Part shown: piece by piece, positions 53,710 through 64,000 of the stretch
Position numbering within the stretch: position 1 is the stretch's first letter
Layout: each line of letters opens with the position of its first letter
Assembly: GCA_030645735.1 (NCBI GenBank)
Contig: JAUSNP010000006.1
Span: 196,095-260,094 of the forward strand
Direction: 5' to 3'
Origin: Candidatus Moraniibacteriota bacterium
Lineage (GTDB): Bacteria > Patescibacteriota > Minisyncoccia > Moranbacterales > UBA2206
Length of the DNA: 64,000 nucleotides
Made by a program: the position numbers and the translations under genes
The notes under the pieces: generated by a model
Database searches by the model: none
What the model was told of the DNA's origin: nothing
What the model saw: the letters and a program-made list of their open reading frames with translations, nothing else

Positions 53710-55530
53710 TTATTTCTTCAACACCGCCAAAAAAGCATCCGATGGAATGTTGACCTTGCCGAGACTTTTCATTTTTTTCTTGCCGCGCTTTTGTTTGTCC
53801 AAAAGCTTATTTTTTCGCGTTACATCGCCGCCGTATAGATAGCCTGTCACATCCTTGCGATAGGGCTGAATGTTTTCACGCGCGATGATTTTTCCACCAA
53901 TGGCTGCCTGCAAAATAATCAAAAAGTTTTGTTTCGGCACTGAATTTTTCAATTTTTCTACAATCGCCTTGCCTTCGCTGACCGCCTTTTCTCTCGGCAC
54001 GATGCGAGAAAAAGCTTCATATTTCTCACCAGCGACCAAAATATCCATCTTCACCAAATCGTTCGGTCGATAGTCTCTGATTTCATAATTGAGTGATGCA
54101 TAGCCCGAAGACGCGCTTTTCAAATCATCATGCAAATTCGTAATCACATCCGTCAGTGGACAATCGAAAGTCAAAATGATTCTTTCGCTATCGATATATT
54201 CCGTATTCACATATTGTCCGCGCGTGTTGCGCATCACTTCCATAATTGAACCGAGATAGTTAGCTGGCGAAATGACATCTAATTTAGCATAGGGTTCATA
54301 AATTTTGTCCAAAACTGAAGCATCAGGCATTTCCGTGGCTGAATAAATCTTGGTGCGCCCAGGTTTATTTTTGACTTCAATTTCATACACAACACTGGGC
54401 GTGGTGATGGTTGGACTAATTTCAAATTCTCGTTCCAATCTTGATTGAATGATTTCCAAATGCAACATACCCAAAAATCCGCAACGAAAACCACGGCCAA
54501 GTGCCTGGCTCGACTCTGGTTCAAATTCAAAAGCGGCGTCATTGAGTTTCAATTTATCCAATGCGTCGCGCATGAAGTTATAATCATCACCTTCAGTTGG
54601 ATAGAAAGACGCATACACCATTGGGGTCACTTTCTTGTAACCTGGCAACGGCGTGATCAAATTGGTTTTGGCGCGCTTATCTTTTTCATACATCAGAGTG
54701 TTGGTGATGGTGTCACCCACGCGGCAAAACTCCACGCTTTTGAAACCCGTCGCCAAATAACCAATGTCGCCTGCTGTCAAAAGATCAAACTTTTGCATAT
54801 CTGGCTTGAAATATCCCACTTCCACCACATCACTATCTGCCATACCAGCCATCATCGTCACTTCGTCATCACGCTTCACTCGACCATCCAAAACTCGCAC
54901 ATAGGCCACCACGCCTTTATAGGTGTCATATTTTGAATCAAAAATCAAAGCGCGCAAAGGTTTTTCAGCGTCGCCTCGCGGATGTGGAATTGTGCGCACA
55001 ATTTCTTCCAAAAGTTTATCCACGCCCAAACCAGTCTTGCCAGACACTTCAAAAATTTCTTCTTCTTTGCAACCCAAAACATGAATAATTTCTTTTTTGA
55101 CTTTCGGCGCATCGGCATTGGGCAAATCCACCTTGTTGACCACGGGAATGATTTCCAAACCCTGCTCAATCGCTAGATATAAATTCGACAAAGTCTGCGC
55201 CTGCACGCCCTTGGTGGCATCCACCAACAGCACCACGCCTTCCACTGCGGCCAATGACCTTGAGACTTCATAACCAAAGTCGACATGTCCTGGAGTGTCG
55301 ATCAAATTCAAAACATATTTTTGCCCATCCAATTCATAATTCATTCGCACGGGTTGCAATTTGATGGTGATGCCACGCTCGCGCTCCAAGTCCATTTGGT
55401 CCAATAGTTGCGCCTTCATATCGCGTTTTTCCACGGTTTTTGTCAATTCCAAAAAACGATCAGACAAGGTAGATTTCCCGTGATCGATATGCGCGATTAT
55501 GGCAAAATTTCGAACATTTTTCTGATTCAT
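53710..55530 (-). CDS. lepA: translation elongation factor 4
   Basis: RNFAIIAHIDHGKSTLSDRFLELT, DTPGHVDF, NKVD; LepA-specific C-terminal domain. Confidence 0.95.
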   Translation of the reverse strand: MNQKNVRNFAIIAHIDHGKSTLSDRFLELTKTVEKRDMKAQLLDQMDLERERGITIKLQPVRMNYELDGQKYVLNLIDTPGHVDFGYEVSRSLAAVEGVVLLVDATKGVQAQTLSNLYLAIEQGLEIIPVVNKVDLPNADAPKVKKEIIHVLGCKEEEIFEVSGKTGLGVDKLLEEIVRTIPHPRGDAEKPLRALIFDSKYDTYKGVVAYVRVLDGRVKRDDEVTMMAGMADSDVVEVGYFKPDMQKFDLLTAGDIGYLATGFKSVEFCRVGDTITNTLMYEKDKRAKTNLITPLPGYKKVTPMVYASFYPTEGDDYNFMRDALDKLKLNDAAFEFEPESSQALGRGFRCGFLGMLHLEIIQSRLEREFEISPTITTPSVVYEIEVKNKPGRTKIYSATEMPDASVLDKIYEPYAKLDVISPANYLGSIMEVMRNTRGQYVNTEYIDSERIILTFDCPLTDVITNLHDDLKSASSGYASLNYEIRDYRPNDLVKMDILVAGEKYEAFSRIVPREKAVSEGKAIVEKLKNSVPKQNFLIILQAAIGGKIIARENIQPYRKDVTGYLYGGDVTRKNKLLDKQKRGKKKMKSLGKVNIPSDAFLAVLKK

Positions 55531-55585
55531 AGTATATCTAGCTTAGCCTAGAATCGCAGAATAATCAAGAATTATGAATAAACTC

Positions 55586-57232
55586 CTAAATCCCACTTAC
55601 CTCTTCTGTGCTTTCGAGGATGATTTGTTTGTTTTTGAAAATCTTGCGAGTGAAGGAGTCACGGAACAAGATGAATTCTTCCAGCTTGAGTAGATAGCTA
55701 ATCCCGATGAAAATGGCAAAGCCTACGATTAGTGAAATGACTAGTTGCGCAAAAACACCCACGAAAGTGTCGAGATTTGCAAAGGAAGCAACTAGGTATT
55801 TTGTAATTTGAATTCCAACACCCGCCACAACTGAAGCCACCGCAATTTTAGAAAGCGATTTGATGATATTTTTGTCATCCAGATTATCAAAACGCGCGCG
55901 CAAGAAAAACAACAACAAAAACATTTGCACAATATTGGCCAGTGAAAAAGCGATAGCTAAGCTCAAAATCTGAACATGACCAATCAGCAAAACCACTGTG
56001 ATAATATTTATTGCTTCCACCACAATAGCAATGTAAAAAGGGGTTTTTGTATCTTGCAAAGCATAAAAAGATCTGGCGAGAAGTTGCACTGCACTTTGCG
56101 CAAACAAACTAAAAGCCAAGATTCCCAAACATTGAAAAGTCAAAATGGTGTCCTCCCAATCGAATTTACCGGCACCTAGGACTACTCGCACAATTTGTGC
56201 CCGCAACACAATCATAAACACACTCAGCGGAATAACGAAGAACAAAATCTGACGGAAAGTTTCCGAAAATGCTTGCACAAATTTTTCTTTTTCATCCTTA
56301 GCTGCCAAAGCCGCTAGAGTTGGAAAAACGGCAATGGAAAAAGAAATACCAAACACACTAAATGGCACACTGGCCAAGTTCTGGGAAAAATTAAAAACAG
56401 CCAAACTACCGGCAGCCAAAGTTGAAGCAAAGATCGTGATGATCATCAAGTTGAACTGACTAATAGCAATGCCAGTCATTCTCGGCAACATCAAAGTGAA
56501 AACTTTGCGCACATTCTTGTTTTTCCAGGCTGAAACAAATTCCCAATTGTGCTGATAGCCCAATTTTCGCACCGTCACATATTGCAACAACATGTGCATC
56601 AAAGCGCCAAACACCACGCCCCAAGCCAAACCAACTGGTCCCAAAAATCTCACCAACACTGCAATACCAAAAATAATTCCAATGTTATACAACAGTGGCG
56701 CCACGGAATAGACTACGAAATGCTTCATAGATGTCAACACTCCACCCATAATCCCGCTGATGCCCAACAGAATCGGACTCAAAAACATAATGCGCGTAAA
56801 CAACACTACGCTTTCAATTTTTTCCGGTGAAAATCCCGGCGTAAGCAGTTTCATCAAAAATGGCGCAAAAATCGCACACACAGCAGAAACCAACACAATA
56901 AACAGCAAGGCTAGATTCATAATGCCATTAGTCAATTTCCAAGCTTCTTCATCATTATCTTGACTGCGTAGTCCCGTAAACACTGGAATAAAAGCCGCGC
57001 TCATCGCGCCCAAAATCAACAAATTGTAAATCAAATCTGGCACCCGAAAAGCCGCATAATAGACATCCAGTGTGTCGCCTGCGCCAAAAGTTGAAGCCAG
57101 CATACGATCGCGCACCAGACCCAAGAGATTGCTCAATAAGCCAGCTACCGTAATTACGAAAGCAGCTGAAATCACCGACTCAGTCGGCCGAGAATTCATA
57201 AGGAAATTATTTTTAAAAAGTTTTTGAATCAT
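55586..57232 (-). CDS. murJ: lipid II flippase MurJ (MviN family)
   Basis: 14-TM MOP-family pattern; LGLVRDRMLASTFGAGDTLDVYYAAFRVPDLIYNLL matches MurJ N-terminal conserved region. Confidence 0.85.
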   Translation of the reverse strand: MIQKLFKNNFLMNSRPTESVISAAFVITVAGLLSNLLGLVRDRMLASTFGAGDTLDVYYAAFRVPDLIYNLLILGAMSAAFIPVFTGLRSQDNDEEAWKLTNGIMNLALLFIVLVSAVCAIFAPFLMKLLTPGFSPEKIESVVLFTRIMFLSPILLGISGIMGGVLTSMKHFVVYSVAPLLYNIGIIFGIAVLVRFLGPVGLAWGVVFGALMHMLLQYVTVRKLGYQHNWEFVSAWKNKNVRKVFTLMLPRMTGIAISQFNLMIITIFASTLAAGSLAVFNFSQNLASVPFSVFGISFSIAVFPTLAALAAKDEKEKFVQAFSETFRQILFFVIPLSVFMIVLRAQIVRVVLGAGKFDWEDTILTFQCLGILAFSLFAQSAVQLLARSFYALQDTKTPFYIAIVVEAINIITVVLLIGHVQILSLAIAFSLANIVQMFLLLFFLRARFDNLDDKNIIKSLSKIAVASVVAGVGIQITKYLVASFANLDTFVGVFAQLVISLIVGFAIFIGISYLLKLEEFILFRDSFTRKIFKNKQIILESTEEVSGI

Positions 57233-57244
57233 ATTTTTATTTAG

Positions 57245-59848
57245 TTACAGAGCCTTAACAAACGCTACGCCTAAAAATTTATCTGTTTTCAAATCAGTTT
57301 CTTTTTTAATAGAGTTGCCTTCTCGAACAGCATCTTCTGGATAATTCCAAATTGTTTTTAAATTATCAGGATAAATAATTTGTGAAATAAACTGGCTGCC
57401 CACACTGCCAGATTGTTTTTGCGCTAGCAATGAATAGCTATCCGCCGCCGTGCCAGAAGTCGAATTTGAGAAAATTTTGAAAGGTAATAAATATTTATAT
57501 GTCACTTCCACTGTTTCCTGCGGACTGACATAAATCCAATTGGCAAACACGGTTTTATCGGAATCTTCATAAACTCGCGTGCCACTCTCTTCATCAATTA
57601 CAATTGAATCTTCTTCTGTCTGCACTTGCGCGTCATGTTTGAAGGCCAACGCCGCATAATCTAACGGCGGAGTATTGAACTCACGGGTCTGTCCCTGCGC
57701 TGAAATCAAAGTTGAGCCTTTCGGTACATAAACGCGCATATAATCCGCGTTAACTTTGTTCCACCATTCCTTGTCCAAATTACCTCCATTATGATGACGC
57801 TTAACCGTCACCGTGTCAATCACTGAGCCATCAGATTGAATCTCAGCTTTGTGCGAAATGGTTTCGTCCACCACGCCATCCGTCTTATAACCATTTATAT
57901 TAGTATTGATTATGCTCAGATAATCTTTTTGCGTGTTCAAAACTTCGCCCGACCAACCGGCTTGCGACAAGATTTTTTCAATGTCATAATTTTTTGAATA
58001 AATCAAAATTTGTTTTTCATTCAAACTTTGCATCAAGACATTCATCGTCTTGGCCATATCAGCAAAATTTTTCGTCGTGAAAATTTTGTCTAAAATTTTC
58101 GGCGCTAAATCCGCCAAAATCTTTTTCGGTTCGTTCAATTCCTTATCATAATCCACTTCCACTTCATATTGAATTTGCTCGATGAAATTCTCGCTGTCCA
58201 CTGTCACGCCATAGTCTGGCATTTCAATCGGTCCAGTTACTGCCAAAAGTTTCTGCATCACCACTGGGGTCATCGTGATTACGCCGTCCACCGTAGGCCC
58301 ACCCGTTTTTTCATAAAACCAAGCAGCCTTTTCGGCCGATTTTGGAAAATCAGGAAACCAATTACTGTCGTGCAAACTCCAAGCCGCGGAAATTTTTTGA
58401 ATTGGCGCTGGTGGAATAATCTGTGCTCGCAATTGTCCATCTGGATTGAAGATTCCGTCAATGAAAAATTTCTTGATGCTGCCATTGGAAATGTCCATCA
58501 GGCCATAGGTTCCAATAAATCCTCCTGTAGCGCGCATCTCTTGATTGTTTTGAAAAAGAAAAAGATATTTTCTTGGACCATTGCCACCCAGCACATCGAT
58601 GAAAATTTTACTATTATCCAGAAAATTAGACACGAAGTATTTTGCATCTGGTAATTTACCTTTCAACTCCACAAACTGCGCTCTTTGTGCTTCTGGAATA
58701 TCAGAAACATCCACCTTGTCCAAATTATCTTGCAAGTCATCTACTAGAGTTTTGATTTCTTGCAAATTGTTATCCGCATCTTGGAATATCTTCAAAAAAG
58801 AAACAGGCTCGCTATTCTTGTCCAAAGGATTTTTAATGCCATCCGCCGATTGCATAATCTCTCCAGCCAAAACTCCCATGCGCGACACATCCTTGCCAGC
58901 TTGCGCAATGTGCGCGCCGGAAGAAATTTTAGACAAACCTGGAATGAAATGAGAAGACTCCACCAAAATTTTTCCCAGACTATCAATATCTTTGGAAATT
59001 TCGCCAAATTTATCATAGGCCTCATTGAATTCAAATTTTGATTTGGCAAAATCCTTACCCGCCATACCATCCTTAGCCAGCGACAAATTCGCATAAGCAT
59101 CCTTGCCCGTACCCAAAACATCATATTTGATTTTCATGCCACGATTGAAAAATCCAATGCCGAAAACCAAAACGAAAATGATGGTCGCCATGCCAGAAAA
59201 GGAAAAAGCAAATTTTTTATAATTATTTAGCGTGAATATTTCAGTCCAAGGAATTTCATTTTGTTCCTTATATTCATCAATTCTTTCAAAAAAATTATTC
59301 TGTGAAATTTCACTGTCTATTTGACTTTTCTGTGCAAATTCCACATTCACATTTTGCACATTTTCCAATTCCGGATAGAGCGACACTTCTTCATGCAGAA
59401 CCATCCTCTCTGGTGCGGATTTTTCTTGTGGCATAAAATATTCAGAATCAAATACAACTGATTCCTGCGGAACTTTTTTAATCTCCGCAATTACTGGTAC
59501 ACTTTCTCGTCGCACGGCTGGCTCTGGAGCTTGGTATTCAGATTTAAAAACTACTGGTACGCTGTCTGACCGAAAGGTTTCACCAAAACGATACACCATC
59601 GCCATTTGCTCTTCCTTTGGCTTTGCTATAACATTCTGCACGATACCATCGCTTCTCCTGACATCTTGGAAATTTTGTCCACCATGTTGCAGTGGAACAG
59701 TTTTCTGTTTTGCAACTTTTTCAGTTCTTTCAAATTGCAAAACCGCACCACTTAGTTTGATTTTTTCCAAATCCAAATCACCCGCCGCATTGACTGGTTT
59801 TACATCAAACATCTGTGGGATTATTTTATTTCGATTTTTGTTTTGCAT
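57245..59848 (-). CDS. large membrane-anchored hypothetical protein with DUF4012-like extracytoplasmic domain
   Basis: TM FAFSFSGMATIIFVLVFGIGFF; RATGGFIGTYGLMDI motif typical of DUF4012; start uncertain (ATG ~59848 avoids overlap with upstream GT4). Confidence 0.5.
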   Translation of the reverse strand: MQNKNRNKIIPQMFDVKPVNAAGDLDLEKIKLSGAVLQFERTEKVAKQKTVPLQHGGQNFQDVRRSDGIVQNVIAKPKEEQMAMVYRFGETFRSDSVPVVFKSEYQAPEPAVRRESVPVIAEIKKVPQESVVFDSEYFMPQEKSAPERMVLHEEVSLYPELENVQNVNVEFAQKSQIDSEISQNNFFERIDEYKEQNEIPWTEIFTLNNYKKFAFSFSGMATIIFVLVFGIGFFNRGMKIKYDVLGTGKDAYANLSLAKDGMAGKDFAKSKFEFNEAYDKFGEISKDIDSLGKILVESSHFIPGLSKISSGAHIAQAGKDVSRMGVLAGEIMQSADGIKNPLDKNSEPVSFLKIFQDADNNLQEIKTLVDDLQDNLDKVDVSDIPEAQRAQFVELKGKLPDAKYFVSNFLDNSKIFIDVLGGNGPRKYLFLFQNNQEMRATGGFIGTYGLMDISNGSIKKFFIDGIFNPDGQLRAQIIPPAPIQKISAAWSLHDSNWFPDFPKSAEKAAWFYEKTGGPTVDGVITMTPVVMQKLLAVTGPIEMPDYGVTVDSENFIEQIQYEVEVDYDKELNEPKKILADLAPKILDKIFTTKNFADMAKTMNVLMQSLNEKQILIYSKNYDIEKILSQAGWSGEVLNTQKDYLSIINTNINGYKTDGVVDETISHKAEIQSDGSVIDTVTVKRHHNGGNLDKEWWNKVNADYMRVYVPKGSTLISAQGQTREFNTPPLDYAALAFKHDAQVQTEEDSIVIDEESGTRVYEDSDKTVFANWIYVSPQETVEVTYKYLLPFKIFSNSTSGTAADSYSLLAQKQSGSVGSQFISQIIYPDNLKTIWNYPEDAVREGNSIKKETDLKTDKFLGVAFVKAL

Positions 59849-60981
59849 CAATTTAAAACATTTTTGTAAATTTCTTGGGTTTCCTGCGCCATTTTTTTCC
59901 AACTATAAATCTTGGTTTGTTCAAAGCCTTTCTTAATCAAATCTGCGCGCAGTTCATTGTTGCTGATTATTTCCTGCATTGCCCGCGCAATCGCCGTCAT
60001 GTCGAGACCATCAAAGAAATGCGCGCTTTCACCCAACACTTCTCGCATACATGGATGATCCGAAGAAATGACCGGCACGCCCTTGCTCATTGCTTCTAGG
60101 GGTGGCAAACCAAAACCCTCATAGAGTGACGGGAAAACATTGGCCAATGACTGATGAAACAACAAGTCCAATGTGTGATCAGAAATGTCTGACAGCAGGA
60201 TGATGTTGCCGATTTTCTGATCAGTTATCAAGTTGCGCAAACGATCATAAAAATAATCCCGCTTACCTACCAACACCAATTGCAAATCGCTATTTTTTTG
60301 TAAAACCTGAGCAAAAGCCAACACCAACCGCTCCAAATTTTTGTGTGGATAGGCATTGCCGACATAAATCAGATATGGTTTTATTATACCATATTTTTGC
60401 AAAATTTCTTGCGCATTTTTAGCGCTGAACATACAATGATCTTCGGCTGATTCGTAGGTCACAAAAATTTTATTTTCTACTGCCGTGCCATAGTTTTCTA
60501 TGATATCTTTTTTGGTGAATTGCGAGATAGTGACAATGCGCTTAGCGCGTGTAATAGCTAACTTAATAGCCATGCGATAAGCTAAAAATTTCAAACGATA
60601 AAAAATTGGATGCAAAGTGCTATTCCTCACAGTCGGAAAATGCAATAAGGTCAAATCATGAATGGTCACTACAAACTTCTTGCAATACAAAATCGGCACA
60701 TTGAAATGTGGGAAGTGCATCAAATCCAAATTATATTTATACAAAGTCCAAGGGAAATATATTTGTTCAGCAAAAGTGTACCACTGATAGTCAGCTAGAA
60801 CTTTTTTGAAATTGGGATTCTGGGGCTGATATTCTTCAAAATTTTCCTTTTTGAGAAACACAAAATACTCGTTCCCGTCACCCACCGAAACCTTTTCCAA
60901 ATTCTCTACCAATTTTTGTGTATAGCGCCCCAAGCCCTTTTGTTTGATCCCAAAAAAGCGCGCATCAATGCCAATCCTCAT
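59848..60981 (-). CDS. glycosyltransferase family 1 (GT4)
   Basis: ANVFPSLYEGFGLPPLEAMSKGVPVISSDHPCMREVLGESAHFFD EX7E motif. Confidence 0.85.
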   Translation of the reverse strand: MRIGIDARFFGIKQKGLGRYTQKLVENLEKVSVGDGNEYFVFLKKENFEEYQPQNPNFKKVLADYQWYTFAEQIYFPWTLYKYNLDLMHFPHFNVPILYCKKFVVTIHDLTLLHFPTVRNSTLHPIFYRLKFLAYRMAIKLAITRAKRIVTISQFTKKDIIENYGTAVENKIFVTYESAEDHCMFSAKNAQEILQKYGIIKPYLIYVGNAYPHKNLERLVLAFAQVLQKNSDLQLVLVGKRDYFYDRLRNLITDQKIGNIILLSDISDHTLDLLFHQSLANVFPSLYEGFGLPPLEAMSKGVPVISSDHPCMREVLGESAHFFDGLDMTAIARAMQEIISNNELRADLIKKGFEQTKIYSWKKMAQETQEIYKNVLN

Positions 60982-61051
60982 AGTCCAATTATACCACTAA
61001 AACGCCAAAAAAAGGAGCTTATCTCCCTCCGTAGAAACGCTTGAAATTATC

Positions 61052-61723
61052 CTATTTATACATATTCAAAAAAGTCACAACCTCATTGAAATCTCTAGCA
61101 ATAAAATCAGCTTGAGAAACAACCTTGTCGCGAAAAACATTCTCCACATAGGCAATGAACTTGTGAGCCATGCCAGCTTCTCGAATTTGAAAATCCGTCC
61201 AGCCATCCCCAATAGCCACAATTTCACCGTCCAGCGCCAACGCCTCCAATTGTCTAACTTTTCCATTTTCCATCGCCAAAAAGTTTCGCTCATCAAATCC
61301 AATGATTTTCCCAGCTTCATCAAAAACAAAATCATTGGCCAATACATTTTCACCCTTGATTCCAAATTCAGCCACCACTGGCACAATGAAATCACGAAAT
61401 CCTCCGGAAATTATAAAAATATTTTCTGAGTTTTCTTGAAACCATTTTTTATTTTCCAAAAAAGATTGCGAGATATTGTCTTTCAAATATTGCACCAATT
61501 CCTGCAAATGATCTTTCGTCGCTGGCAAAACTGCAAATCGCATATGCAAAGACTGTGGAAATGAAATTTTTCCTTCCATTCCAAGATCAGTGATATCCGC
61601 AATGTTTTTGGCAATTTCATTTTTGCGTGGATTTCCTTGCAACGCAATATCCGCTAAATCACACAATGATTCGCTTTTCACAAAAGTACTATCAAAATCA
61701 ATGATAATCTTTTTAATTTTCAT
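61052..61723 (-). CDS. HAD-superfamily hydrolase, phosphoserine-phosphatase-like
   Basis: motif I IIDFDST, motif III/IV VAIGDGWTDF. Confidence 0.7.
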   Translation of the reverse strand: MKIKKIIIDFDSTFVKSESLCDLADIALQGNPRKNEIAKNIADITDLGMEGKISFPQSLHMRFAVLPATKDHLQELVQYLKDNISQSFLENKKWFQENSENIFIISGGFRDFIVPVVAEFGIKGENVLANDFVFDEAGKIIGFDERNFLAMENGKVRQLEALALDGEIVAIGDGWTDFQIREAGMAHKFIAYVENVFRDKVVSQADFIARDFNEVVTFLNMYK

Positions 61724-62610
61724 TGTTTTTTATTTTTACTTAACAGTATCATCCCAAAAAACATTGGAATAAATGAAAGTAGTTGAAATTTAGTTGGTAT
61801 ATCACCCAACATAACCCAGGCAAAAAATAATGTTAGCAATGGCGAGATTCCACCGATAGCGCCAGCCTTAGCAACATTAATCCGATGAATTCCTTCTATC
61901 CATAAAAATTTAGAAAGTCCCAATAAGAAAAACCCGTTGATTACCAAAAATATAAAAGTTCTTTCGGCATGCACCATTGCAAAACTGACTTTAGCGAAAT
62001 AAGCCACACCAAATATAACAACCGCTCCAATTAAACTTCTAACAAATAATATGGTTTCGCTATTTACCTTTCTCCTCGCTCTTCTTTGAAAGAAATTACC
62101 CAATGGCGCGATGAAGGCTGCTGACAAAATAAGCAAATCACCCAGCCTAAACTCATGCACGTTGGGATAAAAAACAATGCTCGCACCCAAAATCATCAAC
62201 ACTGCTCCGGCGATATGTGCCACAGAAATGCATTCTTTTCGCCAAACATTGAAAAAAATAAAGCTAAAAAATATTTCACTCAAACCAATCAAACTTGCAT
62301 TACCAGAACTAGTATATCTAAGTCCAAAAAAAACAAGCAAGTAAAAAGCGACTCCCTGAATAAATGTCGCCATCATTATATCAAAAAAAGCGTCCCTGTC
62401 TCCAATTTGTTGCCAACCTTTTTTGATAGACACGATAATCGCAAAAAATATAGCTGCAAAAAGTGTACTCCAAGCAAGCGCCAACATAGTCGGGACATCT
62501 CGCAAAGAAAGAATTGTAATAACTGGAAACAACCCCCATAAAAGAGCTTCGAAAAAAATAATAATTTCCCCCTTTCTTTCTTCAGACAATACTCTTCCTG
62601 AAATCAACAT
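61720..62610 (-). CDS. EamA/DMT-family transporter (10 TM)
   Basis: two-fold repeated 5-TM hydrophobic pattern. Confidence 0.5.
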   Translation of the reverse strand: MLISGRVLSEERKGEIIIFFEALLWGLFPVITILSLRDVPTMLALAWSTLFAAIFFAIIVSIKKGWQQIGDRDAFFDIMMATFIQGVAFYLLVFFGLRYTSSGNASLIGLSEIFFSFIFFNVWRKECISVAHIAGAVLMILGASIVFYPNVHEFRLGDLLILSAAFIAPLGNFFQRRARRKVNSETILFVRSLIGAVVIFGVAYFAKVSFAMVHAERTFIFLVINGFFLLGLSKFLWIEGIHRINVAKAGAIGGISPLLTLFFAWVMLGDIPTKFQLLSFIPMFFGMILLSKNKKQ

Positions 62611-62682
62611 ACTCTTTATAAAAACTTTTTTAACTTATGCATTTATATTCTAACTCTATTTACTGTCCTCTACAACTTGTCT

Positions 62683-63960
62683 CTATTTTAATTTATTTTT
62701 GGCTAACTTATGTTCAACAACATTTTCTTGTGAAAGCTCTTTTAATTTTTTATCCAATTCATAGACCTTCGGGTTCACTTGCAAAGCGCGCGAATTGATG
62801 CCGAGCAGTTTGATGCCAGCCAAGGTGCGGACGCGCGACAAGGCCACATAGCCCATGCCGTATTCAAAGGCCTTGCTCAGATCCATTTCCACGGCATCCA
62901 GGGTCATGCCTTGGCTTTTGTGAATGGTGATGGCCCACGCCAAGCGCAATGGCACTTGACTGATGGTGGCCAGCGGCGAACCATCTTCTTCAATCGACCA
63001 TTTCTCCGGTGTGGCAATGATCATCTTGCCGGCCATGGTGTGCACAATTGGAATGCCTTTGGCCGTGAAGCCCGTGACTTCACCCAAAGTGCCGTTGACA
63101 TAGCCAGCTTCAAAATTGTTCTTCACAAACATCACTACAGCACCTTTTTTGAGCACCAGAGTTTCCGGCGCCAAGCAACCCTTCTTCACTGAGTTGGCGA
63201 TATATTCTATTCCGGTGCAAGTCATCTTGAATGTGCGTGGCTCTTCTTTGATTTTTTGCAATTCTAAATCATTGATCACATCCACATTGGCATTATGCGT
63301 ATAAAGTTTGGTTGGGGTGATTTTGTTTTTGATGACTTTGTTTTCTCGCGCTGTCAAAAGTTGCATAGTTTTTTCATCACAAGACCGCGAACGAATGTCG
63401 CTCAAAATTTTCAACATTTGCCGATCCTCTTGTCGATGTTGTTCTTCCAGATAGCAAACTTTTGGACGCATCTCTTCCCAAGCATCCGATTGATTGACCA
63501 AAAAAGTTTCTTGACCAAATTTCGTGATGGGTGGCAACTGAAAAAAGTCACCACACAAGATGACTTGCAATCCACCAAACGGCAAAAATGGTTCTCTGAA
63601 TTTTTTGCAAATACTGTTGATGATATCTAACTGATGCGCATGCAACATTGAAACTTCATCAATAATCAAAACTTGAGTTTTTTCAAAACGCTTTTGATGA
63701 TAGGCACGACTTTTGAGTTTTTTGAAATCCGCTTCCGTGAAAGTCTCACTGATGCCCATACCCGACCAGCTGTGAATAGTTTGGCCATTCATGTGTGTAG
63801 CAGCAATGCCAGTGGAGGCTGTGATAGCCACGCCAATGTTTCGCTCTTTGAGATGGTCAATATATTGTTTCAACAAATAGGTCTTACCGCTGCCGGCTGG
63901 ACCCGTCAAAAAAACATTGTGTCCAAGTTTCAAAATTTCTAAAGCTGTTTTTTGTTTCAT
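62683..63960 (-). CDS. PIF1/RecD-family ATP-dependent DNA helicase
   Basis: Walker A GPAGSGKT, Walker B LIIDEVSML, PIF1-like motifs ITIHKSQGMT. Confidence 0.8.
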   Translation of the reverse strand: MKQKTALEILKLGHNVFLTGPAGSGKTYLLKQYIDHLKERNIGVAITASTGIAATHMNGQTIHSWSGMGISETFTEADFKKLKSRAYHQKRFEKTQVLIIDEVSMLHAHQLDIINSICKKFREPFLPFGGLQVILCGDFFQLPPITKFGQETFLVNQSDAWEEMRPKVCYLEEQHRQEDRQMLKILSDIRSRSCDEKTMQLLTARENKVIKNKITPTKLYTHNANVDVINDLELQKIKEEPRTFKMTCTGIEYIANSVKKGCLAPETLVLKKGAVVMFVKNNFEAGYVNGTLGEVTGFTAKGIPIVHTMAGKMIIATPEKWSIEEDGSPLATISQVPLRLAWAITIHKSQGMTLDAVEMDLSKAFEYGMGYVALSRVRTLAGIKLLGINSRALQVNPKVYELDKKLKELSQENVVEHKLAKNKLK

Positions 63961-64000
63961 ATTTTATTGACCAGCTTCAAAAAATCTTCAGCTGGTTTTG

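Overview
This is a low-GC (~35%), gene-dense bacterial window, mostly minus-strand coding, with the look of a small-genome lineage (possibly CPR/Patescibacteria-like, not provable from sequence alone). It opens with a methyl-cycle pair: the 3' end of ahcY, then a SAM-I (S-box) riboswitch and metK. The rest is dominated by a large cell-surface glycan locus. It holds about ten glycosyltransferases (GT2, GT4, a GT2-GT4 fusion and a GT-C-like membrane protein). It also holds a three-gene UDP-2-acetamido-2,6-dideoxy-L-hexose module, galU, rfbABCD for dTDP-L-rhamnose, and a Wzm/Wzt ABC exporter. Wzt carries a coiled coil and a C-terminal binding domain. There is also a SAM-dependent methyltransferase, and an unusual FrhB-like/pyruvyl-transferase/coiled-coil fusion that could act as a chain terminator and ruler. 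The wzm and wzt genes sit about 8.5 kb apart. Between them is an insert that carries five copies of a 23-nt palindromic REP element (CTGTAGGGGTKWMACCCCTACAG) and an IS200-like REP-associated tyrosine transposase, which itself has a REP copy inserted in frame. The insert also encodes a secreted SpoIID/LytB protein, a Cys-rich secreted protein and a GT4. It further encodes a 1125-aa secreted LCAT-like lipase followed by two small polytopic membrane proteins. A second repeat system fills the tight intergenic spacers of the glycan locus. It consists of helically phased AAAGTCC/GGACTTT decamer arrays that form large imperfect palindromes. Other features: a (TTTTTGG)4 heptamer inside a GT4 gene that could act as a phase-variation switch, and GC-rich hairpin elements flanked by inverted repeats (MITE-like). 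There are also two higher-GC gene islands. One is a single 184-aa ORF. The other is an operon of an LPXTG protein, a sortase fused to TSP3 repeats and secreted proteins. There is a 184-nt element with perfect 19-bp terminal repeats, and an unannotated 59-aa ferredoxin. The right-hand part encodes HtrA, a PrsA-like PPIase, an FtsB-like protein, a DEDDh exonuclease, LepA, MurJ, a DUF4012-like protein, a HAD phosphatase, an EamA transporter and a Pif1-like helicase. No rRNA, tRNA, CRISPR array or cas genes were seen.
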